This document shows, in pieces, positions 18,371-27,470 of a DNA stretch of 44,867 nt. The stretch lies in the NCBI GenBank assembly GCA_020347705.1, contig CP070739.1:2739174-2784040 (forward strand), written 5' to 3'. The DNA comes from Methanomassiliicoccales archaeon. GTDB taxonomy: Archaea > Thermoplasmatota > Thermoplasmata > GCA-020350865. The notes under the pieces were generated by a model, which saw only the letters and a program-made list of their open reading frames with translations, was not told the origin of the DNA and did not search any database. A program made the position numbers and the translations under genes. The number at the start of each line of letters is the position of its first letter. Within the stretch, counting starts at the first letter, position 1.

Positions 18371-20005
18371 ATGGTAATGCCTAAAGGGAATTTCTTTAAA
18401 ATTACATCGGGATGGCTGGTTCTCCTGATGGTATTTATTATTTTTATCCAACTTAATACCGAAAATTCCAGTGCAGATCCTTTCTTGTACAGGCATCATG
18501 TAATCATGATCCAGGGGAATGATCCCGATACTGCAGAAATAGAACCTGGAAACGAGATGTTGGCAATAGAGCGTTTCTTTTTATTGGTACCTTGGAATGA
18601 GTCCTTCGTCGATTTGCCCGTTCCATTGGCCATGAAGATAGGCAGTCAAGATATTGATCATGTAGGTTACAGTGATATGTTTGGATATGTCCCAGGGCAG
18701 TACAGTCTCTACATGAACCCCGGCGATTCACCATATAAGGAGTTCAGGAATATGGAGGATATGACCTGCTGCATTGCACACAGCTTTGTTTGGGGTTTTC
18801 CCAAGGGTGCGGATAGAAACCAATCACAAGATATTCACCTGGACACAGGTTCTGCGTTTAAAGAGAATATGGATGATTCCAGATCAATTGATGTTTGGAA
18901 TTTTTCTGAAGATACCATGAAATTGAAAATGGGGGAATATTCTGGTGAATATATTTCTACGGCCACTAAGATGGGTGCTCATATACCGAAAGTGGAAATC
19001 GACTGGAATATTTCGATGCACAAGGAGAATGTCACTTTTTTGATATCTAACAACAATGGAACGAATTGGTTGGATATGACATCACACAAAGGCGAGGAGG
19101 TGAACTTTTCGGTTCAGGGCAACGAGCTGATATGGAAAATTAACATGACGCAAAACATAACATTGAACAATACACCTGTTTTGACTGATCTTTGGATCAA
19201 TGTGACTTATACCCCAATGTACTCAGACATCATTCTTCAACTCGATTATGTCCTTGAAAGAAAATCGGATAAGTTCGAGTTCACGATGGACCTGTATAAG
19301 GATTACGATGATGGTGTGGTACCACATATTCTGATATATACCGATAAGGACCATATCGTTGAGTCCGAAGATATTCCACTTACCCTATATGGATCTCAAT
19401 CAGAATATCCTGGTAAGGATGTATATATCTTTATGGCGGGATCCTTTTCGCCTGAGGCGGCGATTACGGTTCAAAAGGTTGAAGAGGAATCCCAAATATC
19501 CTGGCTTTTAATTTTCCCTCTAATATTGATCATAATATTTGTTGGTGCATTTTTAATGGGAAGGGCAAGAAAAAGGGAGATGACCAAATCAGCAGAGGGT
19601 CAAACAGCTACAGCGGACAACGGGGATATGGAGGAACTCGCTCGGAAAAAGGAAGGACTTCTTACGGCCTTAAAAGAGCTGGACAGCGACTTTGAGGAGG
19701 GCAACTTGGACGAGGATATTTACAACGAGCTAAGAAGCACATATAAAAAGAAAGCTGCAGAGGTGATGAGCCAAATGGATGCATTAACCGCAGCTGCCGT
19801 CCCCTCGGCCAAGGAACCGGAAGAACCAGAAATATCAGACGAAAGAAAAACTTTGTTGTCAAAGAAGAAGAAGATCTTAAAGAGCATTAAAAAGCTTGAT
19901 TCGGATTACAAAGATGGAATACTCGATGAGGACGTGTATAAAGAATTGAGGCAAAGCTACAAGGAGAAAGCTGTTGAGGTGATGAAGGAACTGGAAGGCA
20001 ACTGA
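18371..20005 (+). CDS. Type I membrane glycoprotein-like protein with a duplicated cytoplasmic helical motif
   Basis: 544 aa. It has an N-terminal hydrophobic signal and a roughly 350-aa ectodomain rich in N-x-S/T. A single TM helix is present (ISWLLIFPLILIIIFVGAFLMG). Two copies of a roughly 45-aa motif follow (L..LD.D...G.LDEDxY.ELR..YK.KA.EVM). Confidence 0.6.
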   Translation: MVMPKGNFFKITSGWLVLLMVFIIFIQLNTENSSADPFLYRHHVIMIQGNDPDTAEIEPGNEMLAIERFFLLVPWNESFVDLPVPLAMKIGSQDIDHVGYSDMFGYVPGQYSLYMNPGDSPYKEFRNMEDMTCCIAHSFVWGFPKGADRNQSQDIHLDTGSAFKENMDDSRSIDVWNFSEDTMKLKMGEYSGEYISTATKMGAHIPKVEIDWNISMHKENVTFLISNNNGTNWLDMTSHKGEEVNFSVQGNELIWKINMTQNITLNNTPVLTDLWINVTYTPMYSDIILQLDYVLERKSDKFEFTMDLYKDYDDGVVPHILIYTDKDHIVESEDIPLTLYGSQSEYPGKDVYIFMAGSFSPEAAITVQKVEEESQISWLLIFPLILIIIFVGAFLMGRARKREMTKSAEGQTATADNGDMEELARKKEGLLTALKELDSDFEEGNLDEDIYNELRSTYKKKAAEVMSQMDALTAAAVPSAKEPEEPEISDERKTLLSKKKKILKSIKKLDSDYKDGILDEDVYKELRQSYKEKAVEVMKELEGN

Positions 20006-20470
20006 TCAAATTCCACATCCACGGTATCACGCAGTAGACCAAATATTATAAGAACCTCAATCATAACCTTGTCCCTCGCTTAAATGACCTATAATCCCCG
20101 ATGCATCCGGACTCGCGGACTCGAATCAGGGTATATCCATTTATGTCTATCTTCGCGATTATTGGAACCTTGAGGTGTGGCCATTTTTTATTCACGTTTG
20201 TGGATGCCGTAAGTGTTGTATCTCCTATCATGAGTGCCGGAAACATAGGATGATATGACTGAAATGATTACAATCAAAGCTACAAAAAATAACATGATCA
20301 GCGGCAACTGGAATCTTATGATTTTCATTAGGGGAAATCCTCGGCATGATATTGACAAAATAGATATAGACTCTTTTTTACGTATTTCTATTTTCGTTCT
20401 TCTAATTGCGAAATCAGTCTACACCGAACAAATATTAATAACCGCCATGTTATTACACCCCCTGATTTGA

Positions 20471-22546
20471 ATGGATATAGGGACGGTTCTGTTGTATATT
20501 TCCCTTATATTGGCTATACTGGCGGGAGCGTTGGCAATTATCGACCTGATATTCAATAAAAAGGGCATTAGCAGATTCTCAGAAGAGCTCCCCTTATACG
20601 CGAAATTGGCCTCCATATTCCTTTTTGTAATGGTCACGGGGGCACTACTGCTCCTTTATGTTTATTTTATCACTTCAAACATGAATATAAAATATGTGTG
20701 GGAATATTCCTCAAAATCTTTACCCATGGAATACAAGATCTCTGGGGTTTTGGCCGGTATGGCAGGCTCCCTGTTATTCTGGATATGGTGTATGGCCTTC
20801 AGTTGGTTTGTGGAGGAGATCAAGGATTTTAGAAGACCAAAAAACGGTATTTTGATGGGTTTGACGAGGGCAACTATGATGATTATAATATCAATATTCC
20901 TATATTTTTTAATAATAAGGGATCTCTTTGAAGAAACCCCTCAAAACTATATTAACGCCATGCCGGAGGGGCAAAGTTTGAACCCGCTCCTTCAGACGCC
21001 CCTTATGATAGTTCATCCGCCTATCGTATTTTTAGCCTATGGTTTTATGGTCATATGTCTGGCCTCCGCCATGGCCTATCTCATCTGCAATGATAAAAAC
21101 TGGGTCAAACTTTCCATGCCCTGGAGCAGGTGGGCCTGGCTCTTTTTAACCCTGGGCATCGGTATCGGTGGGCTATGGGCCTATGTCGTTCTCGGATGGG
21201 GCGGATATTGGGCCTGGGATCCGGTTGAGACCTCCTCGTTCCTGCCTTGGTTATTACTCACTGCATTATTACATGCCCAACTTATGTTCAAAAGGAAGGG
21301 AGATTATAGATTAGCGGCACCGGCCTTGGGGATATTCACATTCGTTATGGTGATTTTCGCAACGTTCACCACCAGGGCGGGAGGGATTTGGCTGTCAGTT
21401 CATGCCTTCGGTGAGGCGGATGTGAATGTAAGTGCATACGATAGGTTCGTGGATGTTGTGACATCCGATAACATCATCCTGGGTTATTTTATTCTGATGA
21501 TAGGATTGACGATTATAGGGATAATCCTCCTGTTGTTTGCTTTAATGAGAATTGGGGAATCAGAGGAAGATAGCAATTCCGAGTCAAAACGCAATATCTT
21601 GGAGGATATAATAAACGATAAGTCCCTGATGTTCATCACCCTGATCCTGTTCACCATAACCACAATTGTTACACTGCTTCTTTTGATTATGGCCATCAAC
21701 GGTGTCGATAGAATGCAGTTCGATACCAAGGTGGGAATTTTCGCCATTATCGGAATAATAGTGCTGGTTTTCTGTCTTGCTTGGAAATATTTGGGTCGAA
21801 GAACCACCTCATATTCAGTTCTCCTTGCAGGTGTGGTATCGCTTGTATTGGGAATTGCCATGCCAGATCAATGGATGGTGGGTGTGACATTCCCCTTTTT
21901 GGCACTGGCCGTGGTTGCATCCATTTACAAAATAATAAAATCCATTAATCCCAAGAGCCTCAGGGCAAGTATCAATAAAACGGCACCGCATATCGTTCAT
22001 TTAGGTGTGGTTTTTATTATAATAGGTTTTGTTGGCAGTAATTTTTTGGTGACGGAGAAGGATATCACCCTAGTAAGAAATGGCCAGGCTGAAAAAGTAG
22101 GGGATTATGAGTTCAAAATGGTGGATGGCAGATATTCCGCTGGAGACCATTTTTATGTTACCATTGAGATTTTACGAGATGGAAACGTGGTGGCCACATC
22201 AGAGCCTGGGGCGATTTACCTGGAAGATCAATGGCGGAACGAAATTGCTGTTTCCGCAATGCCCACAGAGGATGTCTACATCATTTTCGTTGATGCAGAT
22301 GCAGAAGGCAGTACTGTGACGAACGCGAATTTGCAGGTGAAAATATTACCCCTGATGAATGTGCTTTGGCTCGGTATGTGGCTTCTTGCCATCGGGATAT
22401 TGATGAGATTGATAGTAGAGTTAAGTAGATCAAAAAAGAAAACCGAAAAAAGGGTGGAGATAAGAGCAAAAACAAGGAGTGAAATGCAAAAGACCCAGGA
22501 ATATTATGAATCCCTGATCGAAAAAGAACTAGAAGAGATGAAATAG
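20471..22546 (+). CDS. ccmF: Cytochrome c-type biogenesis protein CcmF (System I heme lyase)
   Basis: 691 aa and polytopic. The WWD signature is GWGGYWAWDPVETSSFLPW. An upstream VHPPIVFLAYG motif is present. Confidence 0.85.
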   Translation: MDIGTVLLYISLILAILAGALAIIDLIFNKKGISRFSEELPLYAKLASIFLFVMVTGALLLLYVYFITSNMNIKYVWEYSSKSLPMEYKISGVLAGMAGSLLFWIWCMAFSWFVEEIKDFRRPKNGILMGLTRATMMIIISIFLYFLIIRDLFEETPQNYINAMPEGQSLNPLLQTPLMIVHPPIVFLAYGFMVICLASAMAYLICNDKNWVKLSMPWSRWAWLFLTLGIGIGGLWAYVVLGWGGYWAWDPVETSSFLPWLLLTALLHAQLMFKRKGDYRLAAPALGIFTFVMVIFATFTTRAGGIWLSVHAFGEADVNVSAYDRFVDVVTSDNIILGYFILMIGLTIIGIILLLFALMRIGESEEDSNSESKRNILEDIINDKSLMFITLILFTITTIVTLLLLIMAINGVDRMQFDTKVGIFAIIGIIVLVFCLAWKYLGRRTTSYSVLLAGVVSLVLGIAMPDQWMVGVTFPFLALAVVASIYKIIKSINPKSLRASINKTAPHIVHLGVVFIIIGFVGSNFLVTEKDITLVRNGQAEKVGDYEFKMVDGRYSAGDHFYVTIEILRDGNVVATSEPGAIYLEDQWRNEIAVSAMPTEDVYIIFVDADAEGSTVTNANLQVKILPLMNVLWLGMWLLAIGILMRLIVELSRSKKKTEKRVEIRAKTRSEMQKTQEYYESLIEKELEEMK

Positions 22547-22731
22547 ATTGAAAAACCTAAAGATATACCATAATTATACATCAGATACCCTTTTAGTGGC
22601 CTGTTCTCGGCATTGGGCATAGCGAAATTCCCCGATTCTGTAAAATTAGGCACAACATTTAACGAACCTCGACAATAGCTTTAAATGATAAAAAGGTGTT
22701 ACAGGGTGTCAAAACTCAATGGTGATCAGAG

Positions 22732-23250
22732 ATGATTAAACCTAGGAAAATCAAGGAAAAATGCGAACTGGCTAAACGCTGGGAGGGACTGGATTTGGAT
22801 CTTCTTCCCATCGATAAATTGGACGTGAGCATACTCTGCATACTTCGTGATAATTCGAGAACGAGCAATGCCGAGATAGCTAGGATGTTGGATACCAGCG
22901 AGGCCACGATTAGACGAAGGATCAAAGGAATGATAGACAAGGGCATCATAGCAGGATTCTCCTCGTTCATCGACTACTCACTCATAGAAAATCCTGTGAA
23001 GGCCTACATTCATCTCAAGGTCAGGACAGAGAAAATGAAAACCGTGGTGGATAAGATCAAGTCACATGAGATGCTGTTGGCATTGTATCGGGTCACCGGT
23101 GAATACGATCTGCTCTGTGTGACGCTTTTTACCTCCATGAACGGACTGCATGAGTTCATCGATTATTTTTTAGAAATCGACGGCGTAATTGAAACGAACT
23201 CGCAGATCGTGATGAAAGCCCATAAGGGTGTCCCTTGGACCGGGATATGA
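22732..23250 (+). CDS. Lrp/AsnC-family transcriptional regulator
   Basis: 172 aa. The HTH segment is LDVSILCILRDNSRTSNAEIARMLDTSEATIRRRIKGMIDKGII. The ligand-domain motif is YRVTGEYDLLCV. Confidence 0.8.
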   Translation: MIKPRKIKEKCELAKRWEGLDLDLLPIDKLDVSILCILRDNSRTSNAEIARMLDTSEATIRRRIKGMIDKGIIAGFSSFIDYSLIENPVKAYIHLKVRTEKMKTVVDKIKSHEMLLALYRVTGEYDLLCVTLFTSMNGLHEFIDYFLEIDGVIETNSQIVMKAHKGVPWTGI

Positions 23251-23350
23251 AACTTGAGAAAAAGTATATGGCCATATCTAATTGTATCTATATTGACCTA
23301 GGTATTTTAAAAAAGAACTTAATAAAAATAATTAAAGGGGAAGGCGAGTA

Positions 23351-25474
23351 TTAAATTTCTTCTTCCTCACCTTCTTCCATTGGAGCCTCTTCTTCTGCCC
23401 CAGTTTCCTCAACTGGTTCCTCTTCTGCAGGAGCTTCCTCTTCTACGGCCTCCTCAGGCTCGGGCTCTGGTTCAGGTTCCGGTGTCGGGGCAGGTGCCCC
23501 TTTGCCTTTCATAACAAAAAGCAATCCAAGAAGCACGATGACTATTATGAGAACAATGATTATTACCAGGTAGATCATGTTGTCCTCCTCTTCATCGTCC
23601 TCTTCTCCCGTCTTCTTGAAGTCGTTAGCATCCTGGGGATCGGTCTGGTCCATGTACTCCTGATAGTTGGTCATTCCGTCATTGTCGTCATCCTCATAGG
23701 CATCACTCGGGTCTTTTGGATCTAGGCTATTATTCGTCTCCCATGAATCAGGGAGACCATCGTTGTCGTCATCCGTGTCTGTTGAATCTGGGGTGCCGTC
23801 ACCGTCGAAGTCAGGAGCCAAAGTGAAGTCCTGCTTGGTAACTCCTGGGGCAGTAATAACCACATCAGAGGCTGACTGCTCAATGGTTCCGGCCTTGATT
23901 GCCGTCACGGTGTAAGTGCCGGGTGCCAGGGTAAGTGTATAGGTCCCGTCTGATGCAGTTTTTGTGCCGTGACCGTTTACCGATATGTAAACGTCCGCTA
24001 TTCCGGCATTTGACTCGTCCGTTACATTGCCTTTGAGGACGCCCACGCTGAGTTCCTCGATAATCTCCGTTAAATTTAATTTAGCGGCGTTCAAAAGGGC
24101 TATTCCGTATGCCGGGTTGTGTGAACCCGTTGATGCATGATCCGCAAGCTCCCAGTCATATTCCGCCTGCTCGAACAGCTCCTCCAAGTGTTCGGTCCAG
24201 GTACCGTTCTCATCAGCTTTGTCCATTAATCCTCTTTGTATTATATTATGATCGTCATCCTCAATACCTGCAATAATATCGATGAGACCGGAAACCTCTT
24301 CATTCAGCTTTTTATGTCTTTCCTGCGCTGCCTCGACTACCTCATGCCATTGTGTATAGTTTTCGTCATAATATGTCTCCCAGGCGGTCCAATTTACAGT
24401 ATCAGTTGTTTTTGGAATGTCCTCAAATATGGTTGAGTGGCACTCCAGGCAAGCATCGATTGTTGCTTCAAAGCCGTGGCCAACATGCTCATATTCAGTG
24501 CCCCGCAAATCTCGGGAAGAGCTCCACATATGGCATTCGGCGCAAGTGACCTCCTCCATGTATGGATAATCGGTGCGGTTGACAGAGGGTTCACTATTGA
24601 GTTCTGCTGTTCTCATGGTTTCGTGATGACCGCCGTTGTGGCATGCATCACATACTTCCTCTAGTTCCCACCTCAATTGATATTCATGGGTGTTATCGGG
24701 GTCGGGATGAGGATCGTGGCAGTCACCGCAGGTGATGCCCCTATATTCTGCTTTGGGGATATCATCATTTACTGTTCTGTTTGTGGTGGGATCCCATTGA
24801 GAAGGCGATTTGCATCTCGCACAGTAGTTGTTCATTCCATCGTCCTCTTCAGGATCATTTTCCCATGGTGCATGCAAAGAAACATTCCATCCTGATATCG
24901 ATTCATTTCCCCACTGGCGGTATCCTCCATGGCATTCAGCTTGGGCTGTACCACCGCATGCTTCATAATATCTATCAGGTCCAAGGTTGATGGTGTTTTT
25001 GGACGCTGTACCTGGTGGTGAAGGTGCATGCCCGCTTCCAGGTCCGTGGCAGTTCTCGCAGCCGATTCTCAAGAGCTTTGAGTTGTTCGTGCTGTTCCAC
25101 ACTTCATCAGGATCGAAACCACCGATATCTGTCTCGTTGTATCCAACAACGTGACATATCGCACAATCGCCAGGTAAATCGTCGCTGGCATTCTCATATA
25201 CATGGGGTGCGACTTCTTCCATAATATATTTGTTTAAATAGTTACCACGGTAGGTCCAATTATTGGCAAAATCTATAGCATGCGCGGTCTCGGACCAATT
25301 TACATATTCATTGGTTGTGGATGCATGTTTGCAGCCATTGCATACTTCAGAGCCAACATATGTTTCTCCGGCCCTTGTGCCTCTTTCTTCATCCGAATCT
25401 GCAGCGGCAACAATTGCGATCACGGCAACAATAGCTAAAATGCCGAATATCAATACTGCGTTTCGCCTGTTCAT
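23351..25474 (-). CDS. Surface multiheme c-type cytochrome with CarboxypepD_reg-like domain, Asp-rich Ca-binding-type repeats, C-terminal TM anchor and acidic tail
   Basis: 707 aa with an N-terminal signal/anchor. Heme motifs: 6 CXXCH, 2 CXXCK (CNGCK, CARCK) and 1 CX7CH. A beta-sandwich-like segment is present (GNVTDESNAGIADVYISVNG...YTVTAIKAG). Repeats of the form DGDGTPDSTDTDDDNDGLPDSWE and DDDNDGMTNYQE follow. A TM helix (IYLVIIIVLIIVIVLLGLLFV) precedes a Pro/Glu-rich tail. Confidence 0.9.
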   Translation of the reverse strand: MNRRNAVLIFGILAIVAVIAIVAAADSDEERGTRAGETYVGSEVCNGCKHASTTNEYVNWSETAHAIDFANNWTYRGNYLNKYIMEEVAPHVYENASDDLPGDCAICHVVGYNETDIGGFDPDEVWNSTNNSKLLRIGCENCHGPGSGHAPSPPGTASKNTINLGPDRYYEACGGTAQAECHGGYRQWGNESISGWNVSLHAPWENDPEEDDGMNNYCARCKSPSQWDPTTNRTVNDDIPKAEYRGITCGDCHDPHPDPDNTHEYQLRWELEEVCDACHNGGHHETMRTAELNSEPSVNRTDYPYMEEVTCAECHMWSSSRDLRGTEYEHVGHGFEATIDACLECHSTIFEDIPKTTDTVNWTAWETYYDENYTQWHEVVEAAQERHKKLNEEVSGLIDIIAGIEDDDHNIIQRGLMDKADENGTWTEHLEELFEQAEYDWELADHASTGSHNPAYGIALLNAAKLNLTEIIEELSVGVLKGNVTDESNAGIADVYISVNGHGTKTASDGTYTLTLAPGTYTVTAIKAGTIEQSASDVVITAPGVTKQDFTLAPDFDGDGTPDSTDTDDDNDGLPDSWETNNSLDPKDPSDAYEDDDNDGMTNYQEYMDQTDPQDANDFKKTGEEDDEEEDNMIYLVIIIVLIIVIVLLGLLFVMKGKGAPAPTPEPEPEPEPEEAVEEEAPAEEEPVEETGAEEEAPMEEGEEEEI

Positions 25475-25772
25475 AGTAATACCCCATCTTTACCCAAAGT
25501 TTGGGGTTAATATGTTAGGGAAGTATTTAAATGTTATGTACATACCTTTTTACGCCTTCCGAGGATAAACGACGATATTCGTGATTTATTTTACGATTAA
25601 TCTTTAACGGGATATAGATTGATTTTGAATTCTGGTTTTTATTGAGAAGGAATTTGATATACATATTTCGTCAATAAAACGATTGTTTTCGGTTTAGAAA
25701 ACTATAAATCCGACGAAGTATTATACTGCAACTAGTCTATTACGATAGAAAATAAGTATAAAAATAGGGACG

Positions 25773-26273
25773 ATGGAGGTTGTTATTGTGACAAAGGATA
25801 AAGAGTTAAGACCCATCACCTTTCCTGAGATGGGAGCTTTACTGCACGGCATTCTATTTGCATACGAGAAAGTGGTTGCTGAACTGTATAAAGGCAAACA
25901 CAAGATACTTTTCCCGTATATAATCGAAGATATGACAAAGGTGCTAAGCGGTCAGGATCTTGCCGTGGTGGATTCGGAGCAATCATTGGAGGACAACATG
26001 GATGGACTGAGGATATTCCTATCCAATGACGACCTATTAAAAGGAATATCTTTTAAGAAGATCGATGATGATACCTATGTATTTGAAATAGAGGAATGCT
26101 CTTTTGCAGTTTCGGGAGTTCACGATATATTAAAACTGCATGGAGGAGTCTGCCCCTTTGCTTTGGCCGTGGCCGCAATCTTATCGGGAGTGATGAAGGA
26201 AGGCGCATACATGGATTTGGCAGATTCAGAGTATTCGGATAAGGGTTCTAAAACCATATTGAAGATCAAATAA
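25773..26273 (+). CDS. V4R-domain-like small-molecule-binding protein (tentative)
   Basis: 166 aa. The C-terminal half, FEIEECSFAVSG...GGVCPFALAVAAILSGVMKEG, resembles the two-Cys pattern of 4-vinyl-reductase (V4R) domains. This is recognised by eye only. Confidence 0.4.
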   Translation: MEVVIVTKDKELRPITFPEMGALLHGILFAYEKVVAELYKGKHKILFPYIIEDMTKVLSGQDLAVVDSEQSLEDNMDGLRIFLSNDDLLKGISFKKIDDDTYVFEIEECSFAVSGVHDILKLHGGVCPFALAVAAILSGVMKEGAYMDLADSEYSDKGSKTILKIK

Positions 26274-26297
26274 TATTCTCAACAGGAAGTCGATTAC

Positions 26298-26846
26298 ATG
26301 AAAAAGAAAAGCAAAAAGAAAAGATCATCCGAGGAGACAAAAGAAAAACTAAAAACGGAAAAGAATATCCCGCCGCTGTTCTCGGAATTACTGGATCAGC
26401 CCCCTATCGACAAGACTGATATGAGTTTGCTGCAGCTTTTACAAAAAAATGCCAGAATGACAAATATCGAGATTGCTGAAAAATTGAACACAAGCGAGGC
26501 CACAGTAAGAAGAAGAATCAACAACTTGATGGACAGAGGATATATACGGTCCTTTGCAGCTCTTTTAGACTATAAAAGAATGGGTAATGCTGTAAAGGCC
26601 AATGTGCTCGCTAAAGTGGAAAAGGATAATCTAGAAAGGGTAGCCAACTCCCTTAAAAAATCCAAAAATGTGCATATGCTTTGTCAGGTGATCGGGGATT
26701 ACAACCTTTTCTGTGAGCTGATTTTTAACAATATACTTGAACTCCAGGAATTCACCGATAAACTCTCCAATAATCCCGATGTGGAAAAGATGGATTATTA
26801 TATCGTCACAAAATCGTTCAAGTCGTGCCCTTGGTCAGGATTATAA
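26298..26846 (+). CDS. Lrp/AsnC-family transcriptional regulator with a Lys-rich N-terminal extension
   Basis: 182 aa. Paralogue of 22732..23250: IDKTDMSLLQLLQKNARMTNIEIAEKLNTSEATVRRRINNLMDRGYI, QVIGDYNLFCE, and a shared C-terminal K(G/S)xPW(T/S)G(I/L). Confidence 0.8.
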   Translation: MKKKSKKKRSSEETKEKLKTEKNIPPLFSELLDQPPIDKTDMSLLQLLQKNARMTNIEIAEKLNTSEATVRRRINNLMDRGYIRSFAALLDYKRMGNAVKANVLAKVEKDNLERVANSLKKSKNVHMLCQVIGDYNLFCELIFNNILELQEFTDKLSNNPDVEKMDYYIVTKSFKSCPWSGL

Positions 26847-26851
26847 GAAGC

Positions 26852-27334
26852 TCAATACTTCGAGGGGCAGCCCACCTGAATCGGATGATTTGATCTGAAC
26901 GTTAAAACACCATCAACATTTTCGAGCTTTCCTTTTACCACCACGTCCTTACCCTCCTCAAATCCGTCGGGTAAGGCCTTTTCGTGGACCACGAACATTT
27001 CAACTGATTCATTGTCTCTACCGACAAGAGTAAAGTTTTGACCACCGGTCCAGTTGCCCACCTTTCCGATAACCTCAACCTCTTTTCCTATATAAGAATC
27101 ACTATTTTCAACAACCTCTTCCATTGTCAAATAATCTCCAGGGGCGGCACCCCAAAGGACAATTATCAATGCCACAGAAATGATTGCCACAACGATCAAC
27201 ACCTTGTTTCTTTTGGAGGAAAGACCTTTTCGCTTCTTCTTCGATTTGGGTTCATCCAATGATTCCGATGAAGAGTCAATTTCGTTTCCTTTATCATCAG
27301 CATTTTCTTCTATTGTTTCATCACTTTCGCTCAT
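26852..27334 (-). CDS. ccmE: Cytochrome c maturation heme chaperone CcmE, CxxxY variant
   Basis: 160 aa. A single TM anchor precedes an OB-fold-like segment (VEVIGKVGNW...FTLVGRD...VVVKGKL). The C-terminus is VGCPSKY, that is Cys-x3-Tyr in place of the bacterial His-x3-Tyr. Confidence 0.8.
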   Translation of the reverse strand: MSESDETIEENADDKGNEIDSSSESLDEPKSKKKRKGLSSKRNKVLIVVAIISVALIIVLWGAAPGDYLTMEEVVENSDSYIGKEVEVIGKVGNWTGGQNFTLVGRDNESVEMFVVHEKALPDGFEEGKDVVVKGKLENVDGVLTFRSNHPIQVGCPSKY

Positions 27335-27470
27335 TCTTTTTCACCATCTCTTCTAGTAATTTCAGATCCTTTGATAGCTTCATTTGCTTCATATGCAGGT
27401 AGGCCAAATAGCCGAATAATCCCGCCCAGATGATCGTATATGCAAGGTATAACGCTTCTAGTTCACCCAT
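27321..27470 (-). CDS. ccmD: Heme exporter protein CcmD (small single-TM protein, below the ORF-track cutoff)
   Basis: My reverse-strand translation is MGELEALYLAYTIIWAGLFGYLAYLHMKQMKLSKDLKLLEEMVKKNERK (49 aa). Its ATG overlaps the ccmC stop (TAATG). Its 3' end overlaps the ccmE start by 14 nt. Position and shape match ccmD. Confidence 0.7.
   Translation of the reverse strand: MGELEALYLAYTIIWAGLFGYLAYLHMKQMKLSKDLKLLEEMVKKNERK

Noticed and set aside
20255-20470. A 71-aa + strand ORF immediately upstream of ccmF.
   Set aside because: It has no motif and lies in an AT-rich intergenic context. It overlaps the more plausible minus-strand anchor ORF. It is most likely a promoter/leader region.
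22732-23250. The Lrp-like proteins beside the ccm genes might be siroheme decarboxylase subunits AhbA/AhbB (alternative heme pathway), which are Lrp-like.
   Set aside because: Both proteins keep the classical Lrp/AsnC HTH (R.S..EIA......S..T(I/V).RRI) and the TG(E/D)Y(D/N)L ligand-domain motif. This fits true regulators better. A profile comparison with AhbA/B (NirD/L/G/H) would settle it.
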